Assembly (NCBI GenBank): GCA_052426225.1
Contig: JBNJNM010000011.1
Location: 3,100,001 to 3,164,000, forward strand
Reading direction: 5' to 3'
Length of the DNA stretch: 64,000 bases
Origin: Zancudomyces culisetae HAW-14-8
Taxonomy: Eukaryota > Fungi > Kickxellomycota
A program made the translations under genes and the position numbers. Shown piece by piece: positions 10,657-21,445 of this stretch. Within the stretch, counting starts at the first letter, position 1; the number at the start of each line of letters is the position of its first letter. The notes beneath the pieces are model-generated. The model was not told the origin of the DNA. It was given only the letters and a program-made list of their open reading frames with translations, and did not search any database.

Positions 10657-11616
10657 TTATCGGTCTTTTTTAACAATCTTGACGAGCTGAGGCTGTTCGG
10701 GCAACGCCATGACTATTGCACCCTTCTCTGCTGTTGTGAGCTCATCTCTTTTGTCGTCGTTTGTGTTTGACCAATTGTCTTCATTGTCATTTTCCTGATA
10801 AATACTTTCCACATCTTTTCCTCTCTGTAACTTGTCAAATTTAATGTAATGCTGTATCTGCATGGGAATACCATACAGAGAAAACGGTACAGCTGACCTC
10901 GCATTCCCAGAATTACTGCCAGCGTTACTACTACTTCCTGTTGCTACGCCCTGCACGGCACCAGGCTCGTTTAGATTAATCAATTTCCCACTTTCTAGTT
11001 GCTTGTATTGTATTGGCATTTGCTGTTGGATCTGAATGTCCACTCCAGTAAATATTTGTGTTTTTTTGTTTTTTTTCAAGTTGTCTAAAGGTACCTTTAC
11101 AAACTGCGTGATACTATCATCTATTCCCTCCTCAGAATCATGTATATAATACATCGTTGATGCTTGTGATGCTGTCGAGTAATATCTACTTCCTTTATCA
11201 GATGATTCTGCATCATACTCTTCAGCAAAGCCGTTCTTGTATAAATGAGACTGATCATCCCTTTCTCTATAAACACCATTCAGTTTCTCCTGTATTATAC
11301 CCCGATTCTGATATCGCATTCTCTTTCTATTACGTATGATTATAAATAATCCAAATCCCAGTACGAGTGCACACACAAAAACTAGTCCTAGAAGTAAGGG
11401 CAGTCTGTGAGCCATGAATTGTTTATCCAATTTTCCCAATCCATCGCCTTTTTCACTTTGTACTTCAACACATTCGTATTTTGGACATCGGTCACATCGA
11501 TATGGTAAAACCGCCCAATTGTAGTTTGGCTTTTCGCACGGCTCCTGCGGAAATACCCCTATGTCCGGGCAGTTTTCAATACAGCCCAAAGAATTAACTC
11601 GAGGTTCAAAGTTCAT
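10657..11616 (-). CDS. Single-pass membrane protein with a small Cys-rich N-terminal domain (Opy2-like architecture)
   Basis: 319-aa ORF. N-terminal CIENC...PC...PYRCDRCPKYEC, one TM (LPLLLGLVFVCALVLGFGLFIII) followed by basic RNRKR, then a long disordered cytoplasmic tail. The Opy2 call rests on architecture only. Confidence 0.55.
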   Translation of the reverse strand: MNFEPRVNSLGCIENCPDIGVFPQEPCEKPNYNWAVLPYRCDRCPKYECVEVQSEKGDGLGKLDKQFMAHRLPLLLGLVFVCALVLGFGLFIIIRNRKRMRYQNRGIIQEKLNGVYRERDDQSHLYKNGFAEEYDAESSDKGSRYYSTASQASTMYYIHDSEEGIDDSITQFVKVPLDNLKKNKKTQIFTGVDIQIQQQMPIQYKQLESGKLINLNEPGAVQGVATGSSSNAGSNSGNARSAVPFSLYGIPMQIQHYIKFDKLQRGKDVESIYQENDNEDNWSNTNDDKRDELTTAEKGAIVMALPEQPQLVKIVKKDR

Positions 11617-13739
11617 TCTTACTTTTGTTCTTGTTATTCAAAGATATTTAGGTTTTTGTTTGTCTATGTAGGTTTCTGTTGATTGTTTTTCGCTTTTTTT
11701 AATAGGATTTCGATCTCGTCTGTATAGGTAGTTTCTCAATGATATTGCGTTTTAATTGTTTTTATGTCTTGTACTTCCAAATCCCAGATTAAGTAGAAGT
11801 GAAATTGTGGTTATGTGTTTTCCTTGTAAAGCAAGTTGCTTTGAACGTTTCGCATGTTTACTCTTGGGTGTGCATCAAAAGTATTCAGCAAAGGAACTAA
11901 ATAGCTTTTCTAAAAATAAAAAAAATTCTTCAATAAACCCATTTTATCTAACATCATTATATATTCATAGTCATTCTATTACATAATTTTTATCAATGAT
12001 TTACTTTTTAAATCTTAAAGTGCTATTAAATCCGTCAAGAATTAAATCCTAATTGGAAATTTATTACAAATTGTAAACAAAATTGTTTACGGGATTTGTT
12101 GACAATGTTGAGCTTCTAATATCATTGGCTGTATAAAAGGTTGAGATATTTGCTCATGTTCATCCTCAAGTAACAAATATCAGCAAATACCATTACGCAT
12201 TACAAAAAATAGCAACTTTTCCTTTCTTTTGACCCACTATGAAAATAGATTCCATTAAAAAAAATATACGGACAAATGTGCCATCCAATATGTGAACCCA
12301 AAATGCTTTACTCAAAAGTTGACAAGCACCCATGCTCAAAAAACCAAGAAACAAATACTGCGTCAAACCCCCCATTATAAACGAATATACCCTTTCCACG
12401 CTTGTTAAATAACATATTACAACCTTGGTATGAAAAAATACTGAGCTGCTAATTTAACCATGTTTTATTAATAGAAGTGAATGCTCAAAAGTGAAAATCA
12501 CGATTTACTATGAATAACTCAGCTATGTTTAGTAGACGCTTAGGGTTTTGAATACAGACTTACCAGCATTGTCTCTGTCTCCTCCACCTATAAAACGAAT
12601 ACCTATACTTAGATATTCTAACAATGAATACTTTAACCTATATATCGATTTTTTTTATTTAGAGCAACTAGCTCTATTAAAAATAAACTCAAAAGTTGGA
12701 AAAATAAACTTGGTATTTAATTTGCCATGAAAAAAATCCATTATTTATCTTTTTTGGGGGGGGCGGACAGAGACACTCTTTCCAGAGCAACAACCAAAGT
12801 AGTTAAGACTTCAAACTTACTTGATGTGTACAATTTGTTGTGTTGATTGCTCAGTTTTGTTTAGTATGACCAAAATGCCAAGAAAACACTTATTCTCAAA
12901 GCATATTTCTTATTTCCACTCCCATTCATAACTCTTTTTTGTGTTGAATGAGGGGAGAAATATGCGCTGATCACGCCATATAAGATTGGAAAATGTTTGA
13001 TATATTTTTACACTGTTTATAATTGCAAATTAGATTTAAACTCATTTGTCTAAGAAAAGGCTGCATGCATGAGAATAGATACAAAAAATTCAATAATAAA
13101 ACGACCCGTGGTTTTCCATAACTGTGTTAGTTATGATAAAGGCCTGATTTTTTCGACTAGTGAGCATTTTATTATTTTTTTAACTAGAGTAGTTTAACGA
13201 GTGATAGTGGTGAACTGGTTAGAGATATTGATTCCTGTATAAAAGTTTTGCCATTTAGCTAACACTGTAGTGGAAAGCGTGTAGTTTTGTAATTCGTATT
13301 GTTTAATACCGAGTTGGCGCAATAATTACACCTTTAAGAGCATTTATAAGGATGCGAAGTGTTTTTTGCAAAAGACAACCACATGTAAGGTAGCTAAATA
13401 CAAATTATAGTCATATCAATCGATTCTTGCAACTTTTCTTGGCTTTTATTCCAGAAGGAGAAGGAAAAACATTTTTCAGTGATGAACTGGTTGAGACTAG
13501 ATAGAGATGGAATATTGTACTCTTAAACTGAGCGGATAAAACATTATTTTTTTTGCTAAAAATCCAAATACCTATCACTGACACGCAGAAAGTTAGGTAA
13601 TCCTCCCCCAGGGGAACATCCAAAAAAAGTAAAAAATATACATGTACATACATGTTTTGCAATTCAATTAGCGTCCAATGTTTTTTAAATAATTTTCATT
13701 TAAAAATAAAATCAAGAAAAGATATTAGAAAAAATCGAA

Positions 13740-14999
13740 TTATTGGTTGCTGTAGTTAGAAAAAGAAAGCAGCAGGGAGTTAAGACTAGAGATCTGCGCT
13801 AAAAGTTTTGACTCGCGCTCAAAAAACTCCGACCGTTCAAGCTGTAGTGTTGATACTTGTGACTTGAGAGACAGATTTTCAGACTCCAGTTCAGCAACAT
13901 GCTTTTCGAGAGTATCAAGACGTAGAGCCTTACGTAGTCTACTACGCCTAGCAGCATCCGTGTTCTTCAACCTTTTTAGGGCATCAGGTTCCAACGAAGA
14001 ATCATCAGGGTTTGTGACCGAATCAATGGACGCGTCAGGAGAAGGATTGCTAATGATACTGTCTATGGCGGCAAGTTGCTTGCGACTTCTGGTTCTCTTG
14101 CGCTTCAACGCAAGTTGGGGAGGAAGCGTAGTCAAAAACTTGTTATCACATTCTTTTCTGAAAGCATCAGAGCCTATTGGAGTTGTCTTTAATAGGGTTG
14201 ATGCATTTGTGGTTGGGGTTGCGGATAAATCACTGTTCGAGCCTTCTAAGGTGTTGACTTTTGGAAGTATATCAACAACAGTTGAAGACCTAGCCGTTTT
14301 TGGCTTTGCTTTTGGCTTTACTGGGTTGGCAATAGGTCTAGGTTTGGCATCCGCGGTAGATAAGACACACGGTTGCTTCTCAGGTGTTGTTTCAATATTT
14401 ACAAGGTCCTGAACAGTTTCAGTACCACTAAGTGTGCCCGAAGTGAGCAAATCATCAAAAAATAGCCCTACACATCCATTACCGAATGTATCCTTGCTAA
14501 ACAAGTTAGGGCAATCGGAAGAAATAAAACCACCAAATGGAAGCAAGTCTTGCCCAGTGGTACCGTTAATTGAGCAAGAATCACCTCCAAACAAAACTGA
14601 ATCAGAAACAAATGAGGCTGGTGTATCCAAAGCTGTTAAACTGGCAGAAGAGGCCGGTGAAAGGAGCGCGTCTGAAAGAGGTGTTGACAACAGATCTTGA
14701 AGAGCTTGACCATTGATACTGCTGGCGTTACCGCCAATATCGTTTTCAATGTTACTGGTACTAAAAGTGCCATTTTTATCATTAGTACCCAATTGACTGA
14801 GCACAGTACTGGCTGCCTGGTTGCACTTGAGGTTGTCCAGCATATTCATGATGTTTGCACTTGAATCTTCTATTGGTGTCATCTCTCTCTGCTTCTTTCT
14901 TTGAGGCTCTTCGGCTTCATGGTCCTCAGATTTGTTTCCTAGTTTGTTCAATGCCTTGTATAGCATTAAAACTATTTGATCTACTTGCTCCTGTTTCAT
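13740..14999 (-). CDS. bZIP transcription factor, Gcn4/Cpc1-like
   Basis: C-terminal ALKRLKNTDAARRSRLRK...LEKHVAELESENLSLKSQVSTL closely matches the Gcn4 basic region (ALKRARNTEAARRSRARK) and zipper. Acidic/Phe activation-like region. uORF-containing leader. Confidence 0.85.
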   Translation of the reverse strand: MKQEQVDQIVLMLYKALNKLGNKSEDHEAEEPQRKKQREMTPIEDSSANIMNMLDNLKCNQAASTVLSQLGTNDKNGTFSTSNIENDIGGNASSINGQALQDLLSTPLSDALLSPASSASLTALDTPASFVSDSVLFGGDSCSINGTTGQDLLPFGGFISSDCPNLFSKDTFGNGCVGLFFDDLLTSGTLSGTETVQDLVNIETTPEKQPCVLSTADAKPRPIANPVKPKAKPKTARSSTVVDILPKVNTLEGSNSDLSATPTTNASTLLKTTPIGSDAFRKECDNKFLTTLPPQLALKRKRTRSRKQLAAIDSIISNPSPDASIDSVTNPDDSSLEPDALKRLKNTDAARRSRLRKALRLDTLEKHVAELESENLSLKSQVSTLQLERSEFFERESKLLAQISSLNSLLLSFSNYSNQ

Positions 15000-15050
15000 A
15001 TTTATTTTATTTTTCGTGTTTTTACTATTTCTGTGTGTTTTTTGATATTT

Positions 15051-15395
15051 TCAGAGGTAATTAATAATCCCTTTGCTGTTAAAATTGTGCTTGTAATGTA
15101 GTTCAACTAGTGTTGTATTGTATTGTGTTGTGTTGCTTTTACAAATAATCGATATTTCTTTTGACTTATTCTCTGTGTTATATTTCATTAACGTGACGAT
15201 TTAAAAAAACGTACGTATTCAAACCACCAACTGTACAACGACAATTCTAAAGGAATGAGTAGGATGGAAACACCATCCACACCTCAACCTTCAAACCGAC
15301 ATCTTTCCAGTTGGTGGTTTAGAACAGTTTTATTTTTTTTAAACCATCTAAAAAACCTTTTTTTTTATTAATCGACTTTAGAATACTGCCTCCAT
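15051..15395 (-). promoter_or_regulatory. Cluster of five upstream ORFs in the putative 5' leader of the Gcn4-like gene
   Basis: Minus-strand ATG-stop ORFs: 15395-15378 (MEAVF*), 15347-15339 (MV*), 15302-15291 (MSV*), 15276-15247 (MVFPSYSFL*), 15188-15051 (45 codons). TATATATA at 15487-15494 lies upstream. Confidence 0.65.
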
Positions 15396-17921
15396 TTTCG
15401 GTTATTTTTAAAGGGTTGTGTGTTGTTAAGTTTCAAAAGATAATAGTTAATTCAAAATTCAAGTTGAGTTCAGTAAATACTGACAATATATATACTTATT
15501 ATTATTATTATTGTGTTTATTCGTAGTATAATTGAAATCCTTTCCTTCCACAGATTCCTTTCGCTCCCCCTTTTGACTTTTTTCTTTTTTGGTTAAAGGT
15601 TTTTTCTAATGAAAAGTTGTTTAGAAAAAGAGTTTGGAAATCCTGTGTTCTTTGAAGTTTTTTTTATATTTTTTTTTGAAAATTTTTTTGATACATTTGT
15701 TGGGTTAGCTATTTTTCCATTACTAACTTGCTGTGATTATTAAGCATGTTCTGCATTCCCTGCGTTTTGATTTCATCCCTGTTTACATTCACTTTTATGT
15801 AATTGAAGCACGGGTTCAGATTCTCCCTTTTCGCCAACTTTTTCTTTAGCCAACTTGTAAACCAGGGGAATTATGCCCTGCAAAGAATTTTGGTTTATCT
15901 ACCAATTAGCTAATCCCGTTAATTGATTTTTTTATTTTCTACTAATTGTTTTGCAGCTTACAATCGATTTAATAAAAACCAACACCTTTCACAACCCATT
16001 CTAGATAATGGATAAAAGCTATTTATTGATTTATATTAATCACCAGTATTACTTTTGCTGGCTCGTTTCCCAATTCGTGCTATCGCCATACTCACGTCTA
16101 TATTCCTCAACTTGGTGTATCACACTCTACCCCAGTTGTTTGGGTTTTTGCTATGTTTTAATGAAGCAAACCCACCATTTCTTCTGTAATTCCACAGCCA
16201 ACAGAATTTTGTATCTTTGTCGTTTTGACTCCTACTTGTCCCACCTTTTTTTTGATTTTTTTGGTAGTTTTATTTTTTTGTTTGTACTCTTTTGCTATCG
16301 CCTGTTTATGAATAGCTCAATTCTTTTTAAAATGTTGATTTCTCATGATTTCAGGAAAAAAAGTGTTATTTAGAGAAGCTCTCCTCTCCAATTAGAGTTT
16401 TCAAAACTTTCACATTTCAATTGGTTTGTCATTTTGTGCACATATTTTCAAAACTCGTTTCAAATATCATAATTCTACATTCATCCTATTGGCTAAACGT
16501 AGTTATTTAGTCATTTAAAACTATTGACCTATAGATTGATAGAATTAAATATTGCGAAAATAAATTAATATAGCAACATTAAACGTGTTTATTACAGGCA
16601 TCTTTGCAATTTTCCTAGCCACATTGCACAATAACAACCGCCATTAACAACAAAAAAAAGTATTGTTAAAGTTCACTTGTGGCCTTTTTGTTTACTTGTC
16701 TACTTGTCGCACTTTGATCGGATGACCCCTTATTTTCATATGCTATTGGATTATACACAGAACGTCTTAAGGAGCATTCTCCCCTTAAAAGCAAGTGCAG
16801 CGAACTAATACCAAGACTCCGAAGGCCTTTTCTTGTTAGGTTGCTGGGCTGTCTGAAAGAGTGTGTTTTGTATCTGATCTTATCAACTCATATTTACGGG
16901 ATAAGAAAAGGAAAAATATCACCATTGGAGCACATTTCACACTTGTAGAGTATTCAAGTCTGAACATGTGTTGTTCGACTGTTTTTTTTTGTATCGGTGT
17001 AATGGGAAATATGTAACATCATATCCCACAGCAGCCATTATGAAATGTCGTTTGGCCTGCACATTATGTGGTGTTATATGCAAAGCCTCAGGTATTTTGA
17101 TATAAACAACTTTGTCTCATCCATCGATAGTACCTGAGTGGATACTCGCATTCGCCTACATATTAGACGTTATAATGTAAAAGTACTTGGCAAAGGTCAA
17201 AAATGAAAAAAACATTCACTTGAACTTGTTGATATTGGTTATTACATCCTTATCCTGTAAATATAATAGAGTTGATAATACCATCAATTTACACCTCAGT
17301 TATACATTCACTGGATCAAGTAAAAAATATGATGGTTCACTTTATATCAGCCTCGTTTAGATGCTTTTTTCCCTTAATATTTTCATTTTTAGTGTGTATA
17401 AATCAGCCTCAAGCTACACATGCTGCACTTCTTAATGTTGCTGGCTAAAATCAATGGCAAGTAGATTCCTTGATAAAAATATGTCTACAATTAGGTAGTA
17501 TGTATTCCTCCAGTTGTCCATTCTAAGGGATGGCAGATATATACCCATTCTTGGAGGTTTGGAGTACTGTAAAGTTAAAAAAACAGATCGGTGGATGCAT
17601 TGCTGGGACTGTTAGTGCATTTTTTTTCATTGGTTTTAGCTGTTTAACAACGCAGCTTTGATATCAAAAATACGCCTAACATGTGCTATTCTGCATTGTT
17701 TTGCGTTTGCTAATAGTTAACGCAATTGGATGTCTTTTATGAATTAACACTTTCCAGCAAATGAAAATTCAATTTTTTCCTGGCTAACAATCAACAATTG
17801 TTTTACTAGAATTTCACAACTAAGCTACTTTTAGAAAAACAAAAAGATAAACTCAAACACCAGTTGATAGAATAAAACAGTAAAAAAAATAGAAAAGTAA
17901 GATTGAGCAAGCATTCCTACA

Positions 17922-19085
17922 ATGAGAGCGGTGGGAAACATAGCCACTGCCACCAAAAATAGAGCCCTATCTCTGATCCCGAAACGAAAGACAACAAATG
18001 AGCAGCCAGTTGAAATTAATGGCGCTAAAAACGACAATCAAATCTCAACAGATAATTCAAGACAAGGCCGCTACAAACCTACAATACATCAAAATAGAGC
18101 TACATTCCAAAAACACAATCACAACGATGAAGAGGTATTTACTGTAGGAAATGGGTCTGAAACTAGCCAGACTCAAAGTCAAAGTACTTCAAAGTCAGAA
18201 AAGTCTTCAAAATCAACAAAAAATAATGAAGGATTAAAGAATTATCCTGATCATGTTCTGTATCCAGACAAATATACCCTACAGGATAATGAGAAATCTA
18301 CTAGAAATAACGCGACTATGAATAAGATGGATCCTAAAACCTTTTATAATAAGCAACACGCGCTTGAAAAAAGAGGGGAATCTATATACTCGGATAATAC
18401 TGCCGAAATTAATATGAGGGTTAGAAAGAGGAGGACCAAACGGGAGCCATACCCCACTTCTGATATGCTGGAGATAGCTGATTTTCGACCGTCTAGGGCT
18501 AAAAAAAAAGTCAACAGTAGAGTTTTGCGGGAAGAAATCGGTCATGATTTTTATAATCGGAACGAAAACGGGATGACGCAGTATCTTTCGAATGTTGAAA
18601 CCATTAACGAAAGCTCTATATATAAACAGGATTTTAAGCGCATTGAATCGGTTTCTAGTAGTTTATCTATATTTAAATCACATCTATCAGACCACTTATT
18701 AGACCCACAGTTTTATGCACCACCGGTTTATACACGGGATCGATCCAAGCTGTTTATCAGTAGTGATCCGGATACTACACCATTGTATGGATATGCACTA
18801 TTGGCATTTACAGTATTTACTATGGTCACGTTTCTTTATGCATTGTTTTTTAGCAAAATGCTGCCTGATACCGGAAACGTTGTAAGTAGATGACTACGTT
18901 TATTTTGCTTCAGAGGAAAATTACCTTTGGACTATATCTAACCATATATTTTGTTTTATGTTTAGGTATTTGATGCGATAAAAAACGATGAATACTACAT
19001 ATTGCTGGTTCCTATGACAGCATTCTCTACAATTTTCTTTGTGTTTTGGAATTGGATGGGAATGAAGTATTTTAGACACAACTAG
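17922..19085 (+). CDS. PIG-Y-domain protein (GPI-GlcNAc transferase subunit Y-like) with long N-terminal extension; 2 exons
   Basis: Exons 17922-18881 and 18966-19085 (GTAAGT...TTTAG, phase 0). Spliced C-terminus GYALLAFTVFTMVTFLYALFFSKMLPDTGNV|VFDAIKNDEYYILLVPMTAFSTIFFVFWNWMGMKYFRHN* matches the PIG-Y signature (D.YY.LL.P...WMG.K.FRHN). Confidence 0.8.
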
Positions 19086-21445
19086 GTTTTGCTGAATTTA
19101 ATAACCCCAGTCTTTTTAGAAACTTTTAGATAGCAGGAGTTCATCAAAGGGGGCGTGTTGTTTAGACTAGGAGATATGGCGAGTATGGTGATTTTGTATT
19201 TTTAAACTTGTTATTGTTAGCTAATGTTATCCTTGCCTACGAGGCTCTGTACTAAACCGCTATTTGCAACAGCAATCATAGGCTTATTTTGCTTAGAAAT
19301 TATTAAATAAAACTAAATCAAATTTAGAAACATGGTTGTGGTACAAGAGTTTCAGTGTTTTGTAGCATATTAGTAGATGGCCATTCTAAAAATTTATACA
19401 ATGCTTGGGAGACTTTGGATGTGAGTAGGGCAATGGATATGATTAGAAATTAAACCATAGAAACAACCCCTGTGATGCAGGAGATCCATGGTCGGATAGC
19501 ACATACTACCGCTTATCTATCTTGTATAATAGACAATAAGGTAACATGTATACCTCATAAATACTTGTTATAATTTAATGATTTGCATTAATCGTAACAT
19601 TGACCCCACTCCCCCCCAGTGCTTTTCTCAGGAAAAAAATCTGAACATTCTAAAGCTTTGCGTTTGGTGAAATAGCTCCGAACTTGTAAATTCAAGTGAT
19701 ATTTAGATTTATATTGAAATGAAAACTGTTTTGTGTAATTTTTGCTAGCCTGACTCCAGCAGGAGTGGTTGGATCTACTAACGAAATCAGCTTTACTAAC
19801 TGGGATAAAATAAAAGACGCTAACATTCGAGTCCTTGGCAGCAGTGCCATTTGTTGGCAAATGTGTACTTGTTTCAACCATTTACCGTTTTCTGCCATTC
19901 ATTGGATCATCTTTTTTTATTTAAGCAAGTTTGGGGGGATATGTCATTACGTGATACAAAAATGTTGAGGTTAAGGGGGGTTTTCAACATAATTTGATTT
20001 TACAATCACGCTGTACACTATGTTTTACCACACCATTTGAAGATACTAGTACAGAACGGGGGGGAGAAGGAGGAGGAGAACAACATGAGAGACGGATTCA
20101 GGGGTCGTTTTTTAACAAGGGTTGCCCAAACTATAACAACTGCATACCAAGACCTGCAAACCCGGACCGCACTCATTGTGGAAGGCTATGGATGTATGAT
20201 GTTTGCTATAAATATGCCTAGACCTGACTCTTGGTATTATTTGTATTTAGGTGTGTTTAGTGGTGAAACATAATGCGATGCTACAAGTAGTGTTGTACAC
20301 ATCGCCTGTGGGATTTTACTCGGCAATCTAAAAAGACAAAAAATGCTGTTTATTGGAGTAACTGGGGGGAACAGATAGCTTGCAATAGAAACCGTTATTG
20401 GCAGAAAAAATATCTTTGGGGTGTATATCTTTTTGCAATTCCATAGTGCGACATCCCTATAATCCATGATGTGTAAGAGAGTTTGTGTGTATGGAAGGAT
20501 GATTTACGCGATAAACGCAAATCATTTTCTCGCTTTGCATGATTTATTCCTCTTGTTGTCTATTTTATGTAGAGAGGAAAAGGAGAAAGGAATTTGTAAA
20601 AAGCTCAAAACATACAAGTAAATGATTTGGAGCAAATATTAATAGCCCATAAAAGCGGAAATTACAGGCACTAGTTGTATGCGAAAGATTAAGCGAGCTA
20701 ATCCACTAATTAGTGCAGAAATAATGTAAGCGGCTCAATACAAAAAGATAATAGCCAGGACAAACAATGAAATCCAGACAGATTGTGTAATCCGAATAAA
20801 TAAATCAAGAAATTGGGTAAAAAGACATTTATTTTAATACCGAGTTTTGGGTCATAAAAGGTAAAAAGTAGACAAAGTTATGCTTTTCTTTAGCAAAAGT
20901 GGAAGGATATTTTTGTAAATGTTTTCAAAACTATTGCCTTTTTTACATTCGTTGAGGCAAGGGAATTTTTTTTCTTTTTTCTTTTTTCAATTGAATCAAT
21001 GAATTAGAATAATATAATCATTCATATTTTGTAATCCGAATTCACTTTACGGTAATTCTGAAATTTACGAGTAAATAGTGGATTTAAAATAAGGCGAAAA
21101 AGGTAGATTATATAACACCTGAACAAAATAACAAAGCCTATTTAATTACTATTGGTTTTAACACCAAACACACGAACCAAACGCCATTGAAAACGTCTGG
21201 TACAAAAATAAAAACAAAAAATGGCAGATATAGGGCGGAAAATAAAGCGCAATCAGATGTATAGAAATTACTTTTACAAGTTGGATGGTGTGCTAAAAGT
21301 TTGGTTTTAAAAGGTTCGGCTACCATTATCAGCTTTTTTTTTTTCAAGAAAAAATTGGGCTTTACATCCATACATCGAGTTTATTTATTTATTTTAATAG
21401 AACCGCGAGAACATAGAACAGAACGTTTGTATTAGTAAAATTATA

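Noticed and set aside
19588-20467. Cluster of 67-97 aa ORFs upstream of chitin synthase
   Set aside because: Overlapping on both strands, mostly non-ATG starts, no domain similarity and no splice-consistent model.
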